Of a stretch of DNA of 64,000 nucleotides, positions 15,457-29,442 are shown in pieces. A program made the position numbers and the translations under genes. A model generated the notes under the pieces. The model was given only the letters and a program-made list of their open reading frames with translations. It had not been told where the DNA came from and made no database searches. Location of the stretch: NCBI RefSeq assembly GCF_006345805.1, contig NC_042997.1, positions 4,278,001-4,342,000 on the forward strand, given 5' to 3'. This DNA comes from Octopus sinensis. Taxonomy: Eukaryota. Each line of letters starts with the position of its first letter. The stretch's first letter is position 1.

Positions 15457-15925
15457 GATGGTTTCATAATAACTTTATTTAAACTGCCTCAGTAGCGGGC
15501 ATCCTCCGGAGACTGAAAGTTGCAAGGGCCCTTTTTGGATATTAAAGCTAAAATTATTACCACATTTATTCCATATTAGAGATGGTGAAAGTTTTTACGT
15601 AGTACGTATCGGCTGTACCCATCTAGGTAACAATTTGTAGTTCACGCAGGTTGGAGTTATTAAAGATTTACTTAGTAAACCTCTCATCTCCCTTCTTTAT
15701 CATTCCCATCGCGCCAATTTTTACTTTTACTATCGTAGTGCTTAGCTTCGAGAGTTTTGTGATTTAAATTTGCAGATCTTTATTGGGAGAAAGCTTTTCG
15801 TATCCTTTCTTGAGACATTTTGATCTTCTGGGACAGGCATATCTATTAACAAACAAGTTCCTCTGTTGTAGTCCTTGATCACAATGTCTAGTCGATTAAT
15901 ATCATTTTCTCTCTGTTTGTATTTG
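15457..15925 (-). mobile_element. Second R4/Dong-like 3' end (RLE) ending in (AAT)n
   Basis: NRLDIVIKDYNRGTCLLIDMPVPEDQNVSRK (PD-(D/E)xK-type RLE region), then a 3' UTR and an AAT tail. Confidence 0.8.
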
Positions 15926-16056
15926 GAAGTTATCATCATCATCATCATTATCATCATCCTCATCATCATTATCACCATCATCATCACCATCACCATCACC
16001 ATCATCCTCACCATCAACATCATGATCATCATGATCATCATTATCATTAATATTGT

Positions 16057-16114
<58 letters not shown>

Positions 16115-16117
<3 letters not shown>

Positions 16118-16550
16118 GCCCTGATACAGTACCAGGCTGTGGCTCAGGTGGCTTCTGATCTTAACTGCTTGGAAGTGTTATCATGTACATTGTTGTGCCT
16201 CGGTACAAAAGATGGGCTACAGCAAATATTCTGCTCAGTACCACAGATTTGCTTGTCAGTTGTTTGACCTTAAACAGTTGATCACGTCCATTAGTGGCTG
16301 ATGATATGTGCATCTCTGATCACGAACAGAAGTAGTGGGGAGCATCGTAGCCATGTATTGAGAGGCATTATTTGGGGTATGAGTAATTCACATCTGGAAA
16401 CATGTGTCTTTTGTTCAACAGTCTTAAGCAACCCTTATTTAGGGAACTTTTGAGCGGCATGGGTTACTCAACCAGAAGAATATTCTAACTAGGTCCCATC
16501 TGCATGGTCATGTGCTGTTTATCTTGATATGAGATCACCATGTCGCGTAC

Positions 16551-16554
<4 letters not shown>
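16115..16554 (-). mobile_element. SINE-like repeat body/tail flanked by (TAA)n; homologous to 23270-23425
   Basis: Shares GCTACGATGCTCCCC..GTGATCAGAGATGCAC..CAAATCTGTG..GAGCAGAATATTTG..TAGCCC with the plus-strand copy at 23.3 kb. Confidence 0.7.
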
Positions 16555-16589
<35 letters not shown>

Positions 16590-19500
16590 TAATAATAATA
16601 ATAATAACAATAATAACAATAGTAATAATAATAATATTTCGCCTCTGAGCTAGCAGAATTGAAAGCGTACGAGACGACATGACCAGCCGGATTTTGTCTG
16701 TCTTCAACTTCTAAGTTGAATATAATAATTTTCGTGCTGATATAATTAGGAAAAGTCAGGCATTATATGCTCGATATGAAAGATTAACCCACTCCTAGCA
16801 TTATTATTATGAGCTATAACACCAGCAGCATGATTTTTGTTGGTTTTATCATTGGTGTAGATATGTTTGGAATAGTAGAAGCAATTTAAATATTGAGTGA
16901 AATGTAGGCGTTGAATTGAAAATAGATTCTTTGAGAGGAGTGAATTACGATAAAATGAAAATGAAAAGCGCCATCAGTGGAGTGTTTTGTAGTATGAACA
17001 CATGACAAATAAAATTGGAAGTAAAAACAGAGATGTGAAGAACAATGACATAAAATCTAGATTTATAGAGTGAATTAATAAAAAAGTAAGGGATGCAAAA
17101 TCTGGTTTCTATCAAAAGAAAATTGCGATCAAGGGAAAGAAACTAGGAGAACGAGTGAAGCGGAAAATTAGAATTATTGAGAAAGATTTATGAGACGCAA
17201 TGATGAAAGCAGTTACATTTAAATAGAAGTCATAATGAATTATTTAGAAAGGATTCCAAACATTAAGACTACATACACCCCCAACACACACGCGTGCACA
17301 TATATTTATACACGTATAGATATACGCAAACACACCCACACTTACACACACACCCACATATATACGTATATGAATAACCAAATATATTCATCAGATGTAT
17401 GGCCCGTGATGTTGGATCTCAATTTCAAAACAAGTATTAAATGAATAGCATCATACACTAAACTACTAAAACAAGCTTCAAATTTGCATTGCAAATTCAT
17501 TACAATCAAAATCGCTTTGTGTCGAATATCATTGGTACTTGCAATCCTACATGAATGGATGTCTGGGTTGTTAGAGAAAGAAAATCATGTACTAAAACAA
17601 CCAAGAAAATGTACCATATGATTTTCAGCGAAAATAATATGCCTCGCGAAAAATAAACATAAATTAACGAGCACACTGTCGTCATCATAACATCCTTGCA
17701 CGTACTTATTGTTCCTGCTGCTTGTTTTGTTGCTTTTTAACTCCAAATTTTATATCCGTGAGCATATAGCAAACGTGCATAACCTTGGAAACTGTATTTG
17801 GTTTGAAAGCGACGACTCCTTTTTCCGTTTGATCAGCCTCTAAAAATGTGCAAAGTAGCACTTTGATTTAGACGATTATGCTTATTGGCGTTAGCAAGAT
17901 GTAATGTACAAAGGATAATATTTGGAGGCATAATCTTGATGTAGCTGTAATATATTTCATAAAATTTCTGATTCACTATGTCTATGACCAATGCTGTTGC
18001 CTGCTGTAATCATACACCCATTAAATTTATGTAATGCATCTAAAGAATTGCTTTCAATGCGACCTTCTACCGAGAGGGCACTTCTACGGTCTGAATTTTG
18101 GTTTCAATTTCTAGCAGATGAGATATATTTTGATATTTTTCATCTACGACATACTAATAACTCTCCGACAAATTTCGTCAAGTTCTACATTGTTTCTCAT
18201 TTGTCTGAGCCTTGCGGCACACATTTTACTCTTCCTTTGCAAGATGGAAATCTGCAAGACCGTAGATACATATAGTCTATATATCGGTGTTTTGTCTTGC
18301 GGCACAAGGATGTCTACACATCACCACAACTATTTTGTATGATCCGGTCAATTTTGTATTGTCTTAATAAGACAAAGCGTCCTCTGTAAAAGATTTCACA
18401 GTTTTTCTTTTCATCATCACCAGGGAACGTGTAGACGTTCCATTGTTTACACGATGTTTGGTTTCTTCGTTGTCAAGACACATGGTCTTCAATTTACTTA
18501 TTTAACCTAATGTACGTAAGAACGTTCTCAATATTCTCAATGCAGCAACATTTTTCTAAGTGAGTCAATGAAGCTCTTCAATACACTTAATTTTTTACAA
18601 ATGTATGAAGGAAATTTTTTTACAAGAATGGGGTTACTTCGCTCCAACCGATTGAGCAGGAAGTCATACTAAACGCCAAGACATATTATCTCAGATTAAA
18701 TCAAAAATAACTCATAAGATCAATTTGTGACAGTATAAACATATATTAAATTAATACTAGTAAATTTCTGGAGATGGTAACCAGCGTAAAAACATCGTTT
18801 GAGGAAAATGAAAAAAAAAACTCAGATAAGAATAAAGTTTGTCAAAACATAGGGACAATCTCTATGTGTAGCATGATACATTTCTGTAATTCTGAACGAA
18901 AGCAACATCAAATTGCTGTATGATTGAAAATCGACGTTGCGTTCAAACATATTGTAATATATTTGGTAATACCTAATGCATAAAAAACTGTTTAATGATA
19001 TGTGAAAGATTGTGGAAAAAGTGTGAATATCATGTACGTCGCTCAATTTGCACAGGTATGACTAAAGGGTTAGCACTTATTGAGGAGAATATGAAAACCA
19101 TTGAACTAAACGATGCAAAGTAGGGTACTAAGATACTGCCACTTAAACGTCTAATGAGTTTCGGTAACCTATTTCCACCCCGGTTCCATACGGTGATAAA
19201 AATGATCAACTAAGTAGAACACATCCCCTCTAATTGTAATTTTATCCGAACTTAACTCAGCATCAAGTTTGCTGTGTACGTATGTGACTACAATAAGGGT
19301 AATATACAATTTCAGATATATATATATAAAAGACTGCTATTTCATTTTTCTACAAAAATATGTCTACACCGACAACAGTATTTGTAACTCACGCATAACA
19401 AAAAAGAAGAAAAATAATGAAATCAGTCTTCGATTAATTATGGACGCTTTTCTGGATCAGAATCAGAAGTTGCTTGACCACGTAACAAAAATTTTAGAAA

Positions 19501-19857
19501 TAGTAGCCAAAAGACTGCTACTTCTTTTCTAAAGGTTTCTTTATGTGGTCAAGCAACTTGTTGCTAAACACGTATTGCTAGCTATTGTGTATCTAGTACA
19601 CTCTTCGCCTTGAATGTAATGATATATGTATAATATATGGCGTGTACTGGTACACCGGCGATTATAATTAATTTTATTGTATCGCATTTATCTTGTTTAT
19701 ATTCTCTCGATAAATTTCTGACCGTTAGACGATATACCACAATCCCCTATTTTGTCGGGTTGTTCGGAGTCTGCGCAGTGTTTTGAATAGTTTAGAAAGA
19801 GCATTTCGATAGACGCACATGGATCTATTGGTATGGTCTTTCCATCGTTAACAGGAA

Positions 19858-19929
19858 TCTTACTGAAGAGCAGCCTGAGTAAATAAATACTATTTTTATT
19901 ACTGAATTTGGCGAAACTGCAGTATAAGA
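19858..19929 (+). ncRNA. Type I hammerhead ribozyme, unit 1 (stem II has a 1-nt deletion)
   Basis: TCTTA-CTGAAGA-GCAG...TGGC-GAAAC-TGCA-GTA-TAAGA. Predicted cleavage after A19924. Confidence 0.75.
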
Positions 19930-20260
19930 AAAGTTAAGTTTGTAAAAGTTTTTAATTCTCATCTCACTAAATTTATCCAGCTATTGTGTATCTAGTACAC
20001 TCTTCGCCTTGAATGTAATGATATATGTATAATATATGGCGTGTACTGGTACACCGGCGATTATAATTAATTTTATTGTATCGCATTTATCTTTGTTTAC
20101 ATATTCTCTCGATAAATTTCTGACCGTTAGACGATATACCACAATCCCCTATTTTGTCGGTTTTGTTCGGAGTCTGCGCAGTGTTTTGAATAGTTTAGAA
20201 AGAGCATTTCGATAGACGCACATGGATCTATTGGTATGGTCTTTCCATCGTTAACAGGAA

Positions 20261-20333
20261 TCTTACTGAAGAGCCAGCCTGAGTAAATAAATACATTTTT
20301 TATTACTGAATTTGGCGAAACTGCAGTATAAGA
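20261..20333 (+). ncRNA. Type I hammerhead ribozyme, unit 2
   Basis: Stem I TCTTA/TAAGA, core CTGAAGA, stem II GCCAG/TTGGC with G10.1-C11.1, GAAA, stem III AC/GT with TGCA loop, triplet GUA. Cleavage after A20328. Confidence 0.9.
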
Positions 20334-20661
20334 AAAGTTAAGTTTGTAAAAGTTTTTAATTCTCATCTCACTAAATTTATCCAGCTATTGTGTATCTAGT
20401 ACACTCTTCGCCTTGAATGTAATGATATATGTATAATATATGGCGTGTACTGGTACACCGGCGATTATAATTAATTTTATTGTATCGCATTTATCTTTGT
20501 TTACATTCTCTCGATAAATTTCTGACCGTTAGACGATATACCACAATCCCCTATTTTGTCGGGTTTGTTCGGAGTCTGCGCAGTGTTTTGAATAGTTTAG
20601 AAAGATCATTTCGATAGACGCACATGGATCTATGGTATGGTCTTTCCATCGTTAACAGGAA

Positions 20662-20733
20662 TCTTACTGAAGAGCCAGCCTGAGTAAATAAATACTATTT
20701 TTATTACTGAATTGGCGAAACTGCAGTATAAGA
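20662..20733 (+). ncRNA. Type I hammerhead ribozyme, unit 3
   Basis: Same intact motif. Cleavage after A20728. Confidence 0.9.
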
Positions 20734-21058
20734 AAAGTTAAGTTGTAAAAGTTTTTAATTCTCATCTCACTAAATTTATCCAGCTATTGTGTATCTAGTA
20801 CACTCTTCGCCTTGAATGTAATGAATATGTATAATATATGGCGTGTACTGGTACACCGGCGATTATAATTAATTTTATTGTATCGCTTATCTTTGTTTAC
20901 ATATTCTCTCGATAAATTTCTGACCGTTAGACGATATACCACAATCCCCTATTTTGTCGGGTTTGTTCGGAGTCTGCGCAGTGTTTTGAAGTTTAGAAAG
21001 ATCATTTCGATAGACGCACATGGATCTATTGGTATGGTCTTTCCATCGTTAACAGGAA

Positions 21059-21129
21059 TCTTACTGAAGAGCCAGCCTGGTAAATAATTACTATTTTTAT
21101 TACTGAATTGGCGAAACTGCAGTATAAGA
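21059..21129 (+). ncRNA. Type I hammerhead ribozyme, unit 4
   Basis: Same intact core and stems. Cleavage after A21124. Confidence 0.9.
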
Positions 21130-21299
21130 AAAGTTAAGTTGTAAAAGTTTTTAATTCTCATCTCACTAAATTTATCCAGCTATTGTGTCTATCTAGTACA
21201 CTCTTCGCCTTGAATGTAATGATATATGTATAATATATGGCGTGTTACTGGTACACCGGCGATTATAATTAATTTTATTGTATCGCATTTATCTTTGTT

Positions 21300-21331
<32 letters not shown>

Positions 21332-21411
21332 ATATATAATATATATGCATAGATAGATAGAGAGATAGCTAGATAGCTAGCTAGCTAGATACATAGATAG
21401 ATAGATACAAA

Positions 21412-21605
21412 TGTGACAATTCGGAAGCCATTATAAAACTCCGAGTTTCGGATGTCGGGGCGGACCCCACGCCGGCATCTCTTCTGTAATCGGGCCATCG
21501 AGAAAAATGTTTTAATGATCTGATAACTGTAGAGATAGCGGCGTGGGTTTCCGCCCCGAGATCTGAAACTCGGAGATTTAACATAGCTACCGAATAATTG
21601 ATCAC
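21412..21605. mobile_element. MITE-like element with imperfect ~65-bp TIRs
   Basis: CTCCGAGTTTCGGATGTCGGGGCGGACCCCACGCCG is inverted against CGGCGTGGGTTTCCGCCCCGAGATCTGAAACTCGGAG. Outer ends TGTGA...TCACA. Confidence 0.65.
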
Positions 21606-21688
21606 ATATATTTACAAATAAATACCTCTCAGTACATAATATCGAGGTGTCCTTCATTCTTTCGTTGTCTCCCCATTTCTATCAATAT

Positions 21689-21721
<33 letters not shown>

Positions 21722-22769
21722 CAAATAGGTAGATAGATATGCATGTGTGTATATATATATATATATATAAAGATATACCTATACATATATATACATGCAT
21801 ATATATATAATATATACACACACGCGCACACACACACACGCGCACATATACACGCCCATATATATGTATATATATATATAATATATATATATATAAACGT
21901 AGATATGGTGGCTTATCATACACAGCTTTTGCGATTGTTAACAAAATTAATAGCGGTCACAAAAATGTCACATTGTATTAACCCCGCTTTTACTAATGAG
22001 TTAATCTAACTCAACCCACAAGCACACTGTCTTAAATGATTGACCAAAGGAGGTACGACCGAAGAATACATATCCTGATTGCAATTTACGATTTCATGTC
22101 GACCATATTAATCCTCATTAACGGCTCTGAACGGCTAGAGTTAAACACAACTACTGTCAGTCGCATGAGAAAAACCGTTGCAAATGTGTGTTGATTTCCA
22201 AAACGGTAAAATGTAAAGAACTGATTAAAAAGGAGTGGCTTATTAACAATCAGAAGCTAAATACAAAATCAGTAGCAGTCTGAAAAGTGACAGAGAATAT
22301 TAACTAGCAGCACCTTTGCTAAAGATAAGGCTTAAACTAACTCAAAAGCATAATGCACGGAGGGTTGAAATGCTCTACATATGAATCCAAAATCACAATC
22401 TAGCTTTGTACGATGGGGATTTCGCTCCCTGTTTCAGTCACTGAAGACAGTTTGTTTTGCGGTTCTGATATCATTTAACTCTTAGCTTTAGCTGAAGCAG
22501 TGTTACTGAATACTCTCTGTCCCTTTGGTGACCTTTATTCATTTTAGTAATAATTGCAAAATCTCTAATTGCTAATAAGACGCACATTCTAATACAAATG
22601 CATATATACATATATTTATATATACAGATGTCTATACATACACCCTCCACACACATATATCTTTAGCAGAGGCGATGATAGTGAATACACTCTGTCATTT
22701 GGTGATCTCCATTTATGTTGCTAATAATTGCATGTCTTTAATTGCTGATAAGCCGCACTTTCTAATATA

Positions 22770-22800
<31 letters not shown>

Positions 22801-22801
22801 G

Positions 22802-22832
<31 letters not shown>

Positions 22833-22875
22833 ATATATATATGGGTGTGTGTGTCTGTGTCTGCATCTCTGTATG

Positions 22876-23425
22876 TGAGGGTGAGTGGCCTAGTAGTTAT
22901 AGTGTTGCACACATGATTGACTGATCGTGGATTATAATGGTAGACCCGGTGATATGTTACGTTTTTGAGCAAAATACTTCATCACATGTTGATCTGCAAT
23001 CCATTCGGCACCTGATGCGTTTTATAAGGTGCAATTGTTCAGAGAGTGTCGAGTGGATGAAGAGAGTGAGATACTGCGCGACACGAACATTTCATCACTA
23101 TAGTCTAATTATTTGTGCAGGTCCATAGGCAATAGCAAAACGTTAATACGTCTTCTTCGATGGGACCAGTGCATACTATTAAGATTACACTGGGGGAAAA
23201 TACAGGAAGCCCGGTATACCCATCATGGCTATCCGTCTGATAAGTGAACACTAGGCACATGCATCACGAACATATGCATGCGATGGCTATGATGTTCCCC
23301 CCGGTATTTCTGCTCGTGATCAGAGATGCACTCATCGTCAACCAGAAAGGGACCTATTCGACTGGTTAAAGTGAAACAACTCACAAACAAATCTGTGTTA
23401 ATGAGCAGAATATTTGTTATAGCCC
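22876..23425 (+). mobile_element. Decayed tRNA-derived SINE
   Basis: A-box-like TGGCCTAGTAGTTA, decayed B box, TTGAGCAAAATACTTCAT core-like block, and a tail homologous to 16115-16554. Confidence 0.65.
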
Positions 23426-23895
23426 GTGTGTGTGTCTTTATGTATGTGTGTGTACGTACGTGCGTATGCATGTATAGGTCTTTCTCTATACAGTCGTATT
23501 AATATGCAAGTGCACTCCGTGGGCGACTGTATGTCACTGTGCCACTGAGTATGTGTTGGCGCGTGTTTGTGTATATATGGTCCCGAGTGTGCTTCAATAC
23601 TAATTTCAGGAAGAAAAAAAAAGAATATTCGTGTTTAAACGAACATGTACATAATAAAATATTCAAAAGGAAGCTGCAGCATTCTTATTATCTACTGTTT
23701 GATACGACTTTTGTGCATCATTTTAGGAAATACACACACACACAGATTTATGGAAACGTATGAACTTGTAAATATATATATATACATACATATATATATA
23801 TATATATTTCCTGAGCGCCATACTAATACAATTGTTCGTTTGTTTTCACCTGCCTTCGTCTTTTGTTTATTTCATAAAGCTTCCCTATATATATA

Positions 23896-23990
<95 letters not shown>

Positions 23991-24072
23991 GGTCCCGGGT
24001 GATTCGGGGTTAACCACAGTAAATAAGGTACTCAATACATAGCAGAGTAAAATTAATTTATTATATAGAAGG

Positions 24073-24123
24073 AGCTTCTACAGGACTAGAACTGTTTCAT
24101 TCAAGAGAAATCTTCAGGAAGCT
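24073..24123 (-). ncRNA. Type I hammerhead ribozyme (left arm)
   Basis: Exact reverse complement of 30039-30089. Confidence 0.85.
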
Positions 24124-24734
24124 AGTTAACAAGAATTGTATTGGCATTTATACATTTAGGCAGGTTTAAAGGGGTGTTGGTGTGGGAATATTTTGGGGGT
24201 AGGCATAGCGCAAAATATCATACTTGGGGGAGTGGTCAAGGTGTCAGTGTTAAATTAGATAGAAGAATAAATAAAAAAATAAAAAAATAAAAAAATAAAA
24301 AAAAAATCTATATATAAAAAAAATCTATATATAAAAAAAGGGGAATATAGTTTTAGGTAAATAAGGAGATTCTCACTTATACCTATGCACACATGTATAC
24401 ATACACACATACAAACATATATACATATACATACACACATACATACACACACATATATATACATATATATACACTTACACATACATATACATATTTACAC
24501 ATACACATATATGTATACATACACACACTCACATGCATACACGTATACACACATGTATATATACACACACGACCACACATACCTATACGCACAGAAAAAT
24601 ATATATACACTACACACACATACTCACATACACGCATACACACACATATCACACACACACATGCACACACAGCACACTAGTCCCTATATACACATATAAC
24701 ACATACACACACATATACACACACATACATACAT

Positions 24735-24792
<58 letters not shown>

Positions 24793-25360
24793 TATATATA
24801 TATATATATATATATACATATGTGTACCTATGCATACCTACACATACACACATATATACACATACAAATACAGACCCATTTCCTAATTTTAATTTTATTA
24901 TCTTCGTTTATTACTTTTGTTATTCTTGGCCGCTTGGTCACAAACATCTTGGCTATTACAGCCAGTCCATTTATCTGTCTATTGGAAACAAGCACTCATT
25001 CACTCACGCACACTCTTTAGCACGTACACTCACTCATTCGTACACTCATACACATACACGCACGCACGCGTTATATTCATACATACATACATCTACATAC
25101 ATTCACGTATATACACATACGTACGCGTACCTACAGATTCATATCTACACTTTAGAAGGCTAGTCTATATATATACACCAATAATAATAAATTACACACA
25201 CTACGCATAACACACACATATACATATGTATACACACATACACACATACATACATATACACATACACATACATACGTATACATACATACATACATACATC
25301 CATACATCCATACATACACACATTTATACACATACACACACCCACATACATACATATATA

Positions 25361-25409
<49 letters not shown>

Positions 25410-26723
25410 ATATATATATTCATACACACACATACATATACATACATACATATACAAATATACGCACACACATGCATACATACTCATATACTCATACACG
25501 CACATACACATGTACATGCGTACCCATACACACACACACACGCGCGTTTCAATATATACACGTAAGTACACACATGCGTAAAAGTATACATATATCTATG
25601 CTTACACATACACACACACACACGCGCCTCCTTATATTCATACTTACATGCATACTTAAAAAATAAGTAAATAGTAAAATATATATACGCGCAGTTATTC
25701 ATACTTGCATACTCAAAATAAATAATAAATATAAGTACATGTACGTGCAGTTACCTATTATATAGACGGATACATACATATAAACTTACACACAATATAT
25801 ATATATATATATCTATATATATATATATATTATATATATATATATATACATACTATATACACATAATATACACATACACATATACATACATATATATATA
25901 CACACACATATACACATATATATATATCACATACTTACACACATGTACGTATAAATACACACATAGATAACTCTACGTACCTACATAACATAAACACACG
26001 AGCGAACGCGTATATGTACATATACACATACACATACACACGCATATATATACATACATACATACACATACACACATGTATACACACACACATATACACA
26101 TATATATATACATACACATATATATACATATATATAATATATATACATATATATATACATATATATAATACTATAACATACACTATCATAACACATATAT
26201 ACATGTGTGCAAACATACATACATTCTCATACAAGCACACACACTTACATTTACATATATACACACACTTACACACATATATACATACACATATACACAC
26301 ATACATACATACGTATATGCATACATACACACACACACATATATATATATATACATACATACATACACATACACATACCCATACATATATATACACACAC
26401 ATATAGACACATGCACATACTTATATCTCTACATACTCGCATATACATATATATATATTATATATACATATACACACACATACATATACCTATATACATG
26501 TATATATATACACATACATATATATACACATCTACAATTTGTATCTACACTCACATACCTGCACATACACATAACTCTACATACCTACATATACATCGAC
26601 ATACTCGCGTACACTCATATATATACACATATACCTATACACACACACATACATATACATATACATATACATATATATAAATATACATATATAATACACA
26701 TATACACACACATACATTATATA

Positions 26724-26799
<76 letters not shown>

Positions 26800-26829
26800 A
26801 CACACCACACACACACATACATACATATA

Positions 26830-27175
26830 GGGTGCCAAGGATTCCAACATCACCATCAAAATACAGGTCCGATACTGCAACAGCTTGGGTTCAGAGGACC
26901 ACAGCTCATTAACATCCTCCCTAAATGCCTGAGAGACTTACATGGTGTGGATGTGGGTTTCTTTTAAAACTAAACTGGATCTCTTCTTGTTGGGAGTTCC
27001 CAGATGAACCTACCTCACGACAGGAGACACGGATGCGGGCAGCAGCATCGAACTCCCTTGTTGATCAAGTGCCACGTATCAGAGTGGATTCACAAACTAG
27101 TGTAGCTCATTCAGCGGTGGTGCCGCGCATGGCCGCGGCCTTCGGGCTAAAACATTTTTAAGGATTTAAGGATTT

Positions 27176-27177
<2 letters not shown>
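26830..27177 (+). mobile_element. CR1/L2-like LINE 3' end in the spacer of the inverted repeat
   Basis: [21 protein letters not shown]...KTKLDLFLLGVPDEP (typical RT C-terminus), then a 3' UTR and a TTTAAGGA tandem tail. Confidence 0.75.
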
Positions 27178-27213
<36 letters not shown>

Positions 27214-27607
27214 TATATATATACATACATACATACATACATACACATACACATAACATACAGGTACATATACACACATACACACACCATATATATACAC
27301 ACACTACATATATCACAATTGAGGGTAAAGTTATTAGTTATTAATCAATTTCACCAAGTATTCAGTATGTAAAAGGACCATTATTTTTATGAGTAAACAA
27401 TGTCTGAGGGAAAATTTTCTCTAAGTAGTGGAAGAGGCTAAAAAACTTTTTTGGCTGTTATTTCTAGAAAGTTCAGTATGTGGCAGAGTAATTTATTTTA
27501 CTAAGCCCTAATTATATATTTTATACATACATACACATACATACACACATACATATACACATACATATGCATACACACATATATACATATATACATACAT
27601 ACATCTA

Positions 27608-27638
<31 letters not shown>

Positions 27639-28114
27639 GCACATACATATATATATATATATATATTTTTTTTTTTACATACATACACGCACACACACAC
27701 ATAATACATGCGTAAATTCCTACTATAACCATATATTTCTATACATATATACGATACACATATACAAGCGTGCACATACAATATGTGAAAGGTCTTAGGA
27801 GAAAAGGTAATCGGGGGTGCTACGGGAACGCTGGGATTGGGGGGGTTTGTGGGTGGGGTGTCGTCAATCTGGTTGCCGGGTAGGTCTATAGTTCTTGTAG
27901 TTCGCATACCTCTTGTATGTGTGTGTGTATATGTATATGTGTGTGTGTATATGCATATATGTGTATATATTTGAGTGTACGCGAGTATGTCGATGTATAT
28001 GTAGGTATGTAGAGTTATGTGTATGTGCAGGTATGTGAGTGTAGATACAAATTGTAGATGTGTATATATATGTATGTGTATATATACATGTATATAGGTA
28101 TATGTATGTGTGTG

Positions 28115-28159
<45 letters not shown>

Positions 28160-28736
28160 GCGAGTATGTAGAGATATAAGTATGTGCATGTGTATATATG
28201 TGTGGTATATATATGTATGGTATGTGTAGTGTATGTATGTATGTATATATATATATGTGTGTGTGTATGTATGCTATACGTATGTATGTATGTATGTATA
28301 TGTGTAATGTATATGTGTGTAAGTGTGTATATATATGTAAATGTAATGTGTGTGCTTGTATGAGACTGTATGTATGTTTGCACACATGTATATATGTGTG
28401 TGTATGTGTATTGTATATATATATGTATATATATATATATATATACTATATTAGTATATATATGTGTATGTATATATGTGTATATGTGTGTGTGTGTATA
28501 CATGTGTGTATGTGTATGTATGTATGTATATATATGCGTGTGTATGTGTATATGTACATATACGCGTACGCTCGTGTGTTTATGTATATGTAGGTACGTA
28601 GAGGTATCTATGTGTGTATTTATATGTACATGTGTGTAAGTACGTATATATATATATATATATATATATGTGTATGTGTTGTGGTGTGTATATATATATA
28701 TGTATATGTGTATGTGTATATATATGTGTATATATG

Positions 28737-28776
<40 letters not shown>

Positions 28777-28782
28777 TTATAT

Positions 28783-28852
<70 letters not shown>

Positions 28853-29399
28853 GTGTGTGTGTGTGTGTGTGTGTAAGTTTATATGTATGTATCCGTCTAT
28901 ATAATAGGTAACTGCACGTACATATACTTAATATTTATTATTTATTTTTTGAGTATGCATGTATGAATAACTGCGCGTATATATATTTTACTATTTACTT
29001 ATTTTTTGAGTATGTATGTGTGTGTATTTATATTTATTGGTGTATATATATAGACTAGCCTTCTAAGAGTGTAGACATGAATCTGTAGGTACGCGTACGT
29101 ATGTGTATATACGTGAATGTATGTAGATGTATGTATGTATGAATATAACGCGTGCGTGCGTGTATGTGTATGAGTGTACGAATGAGTGAGTGTACGTGCT
29201 AAAGAGTGTGCGTGAGTGAATGAGTGCTTGTTTTCCAGTAGACAGATAAATGGACTGGCTGTCATAGCCAAGATGTTTGTGACCAAGCGGCCAAAGATAA
29301 CAAAAGTAATAAACGAAGATAATAAAATTAAAATTAGGGAATGGTCTGTATTTGTATGTGTATATATATGTGTGTATGTGTAGGTATGCATAGGTACAC

Positions 29400-29442
<43 letters not shown>

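Larger units (their letters stand above)
19580..21300 (+). repeat. Tandem array of a ~400-bp unit x4.3 (candidate non-LTR retrozyme)
   Basis: Unit starts (GCTATTGTG) at 19581, 19980, 20384, 20783 and 21179. Copies differ mostly by single-base indels. Each full unit carries a hammerhead motif. The array ends in (TA)n. Confidence 0.95.

Noticed and set aside
18050-18450. Cys-containing minus-strand fragments reminiscent of a piggyBac C-terminal domain
   Set aside because: Too many stops, no DDD motif and no TTAA/TIRs identified.
20127-20366. Minus-strand exon-like reading GWLFSKIPVNDGKTIPIDPC in each 400-bp unit, with AG/GT-like borders
   Set aside because: The frame differs between units, it ends in a stop and has no recognisable domain. 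It is antisense to the conserved ribozyme.
19580-21300. CRISPR-like or rDNA-like array
   Set aside because: Whole units are repeated with no unique spacers, the context is eukaryotic, and there is no 5S or tRNA structure.
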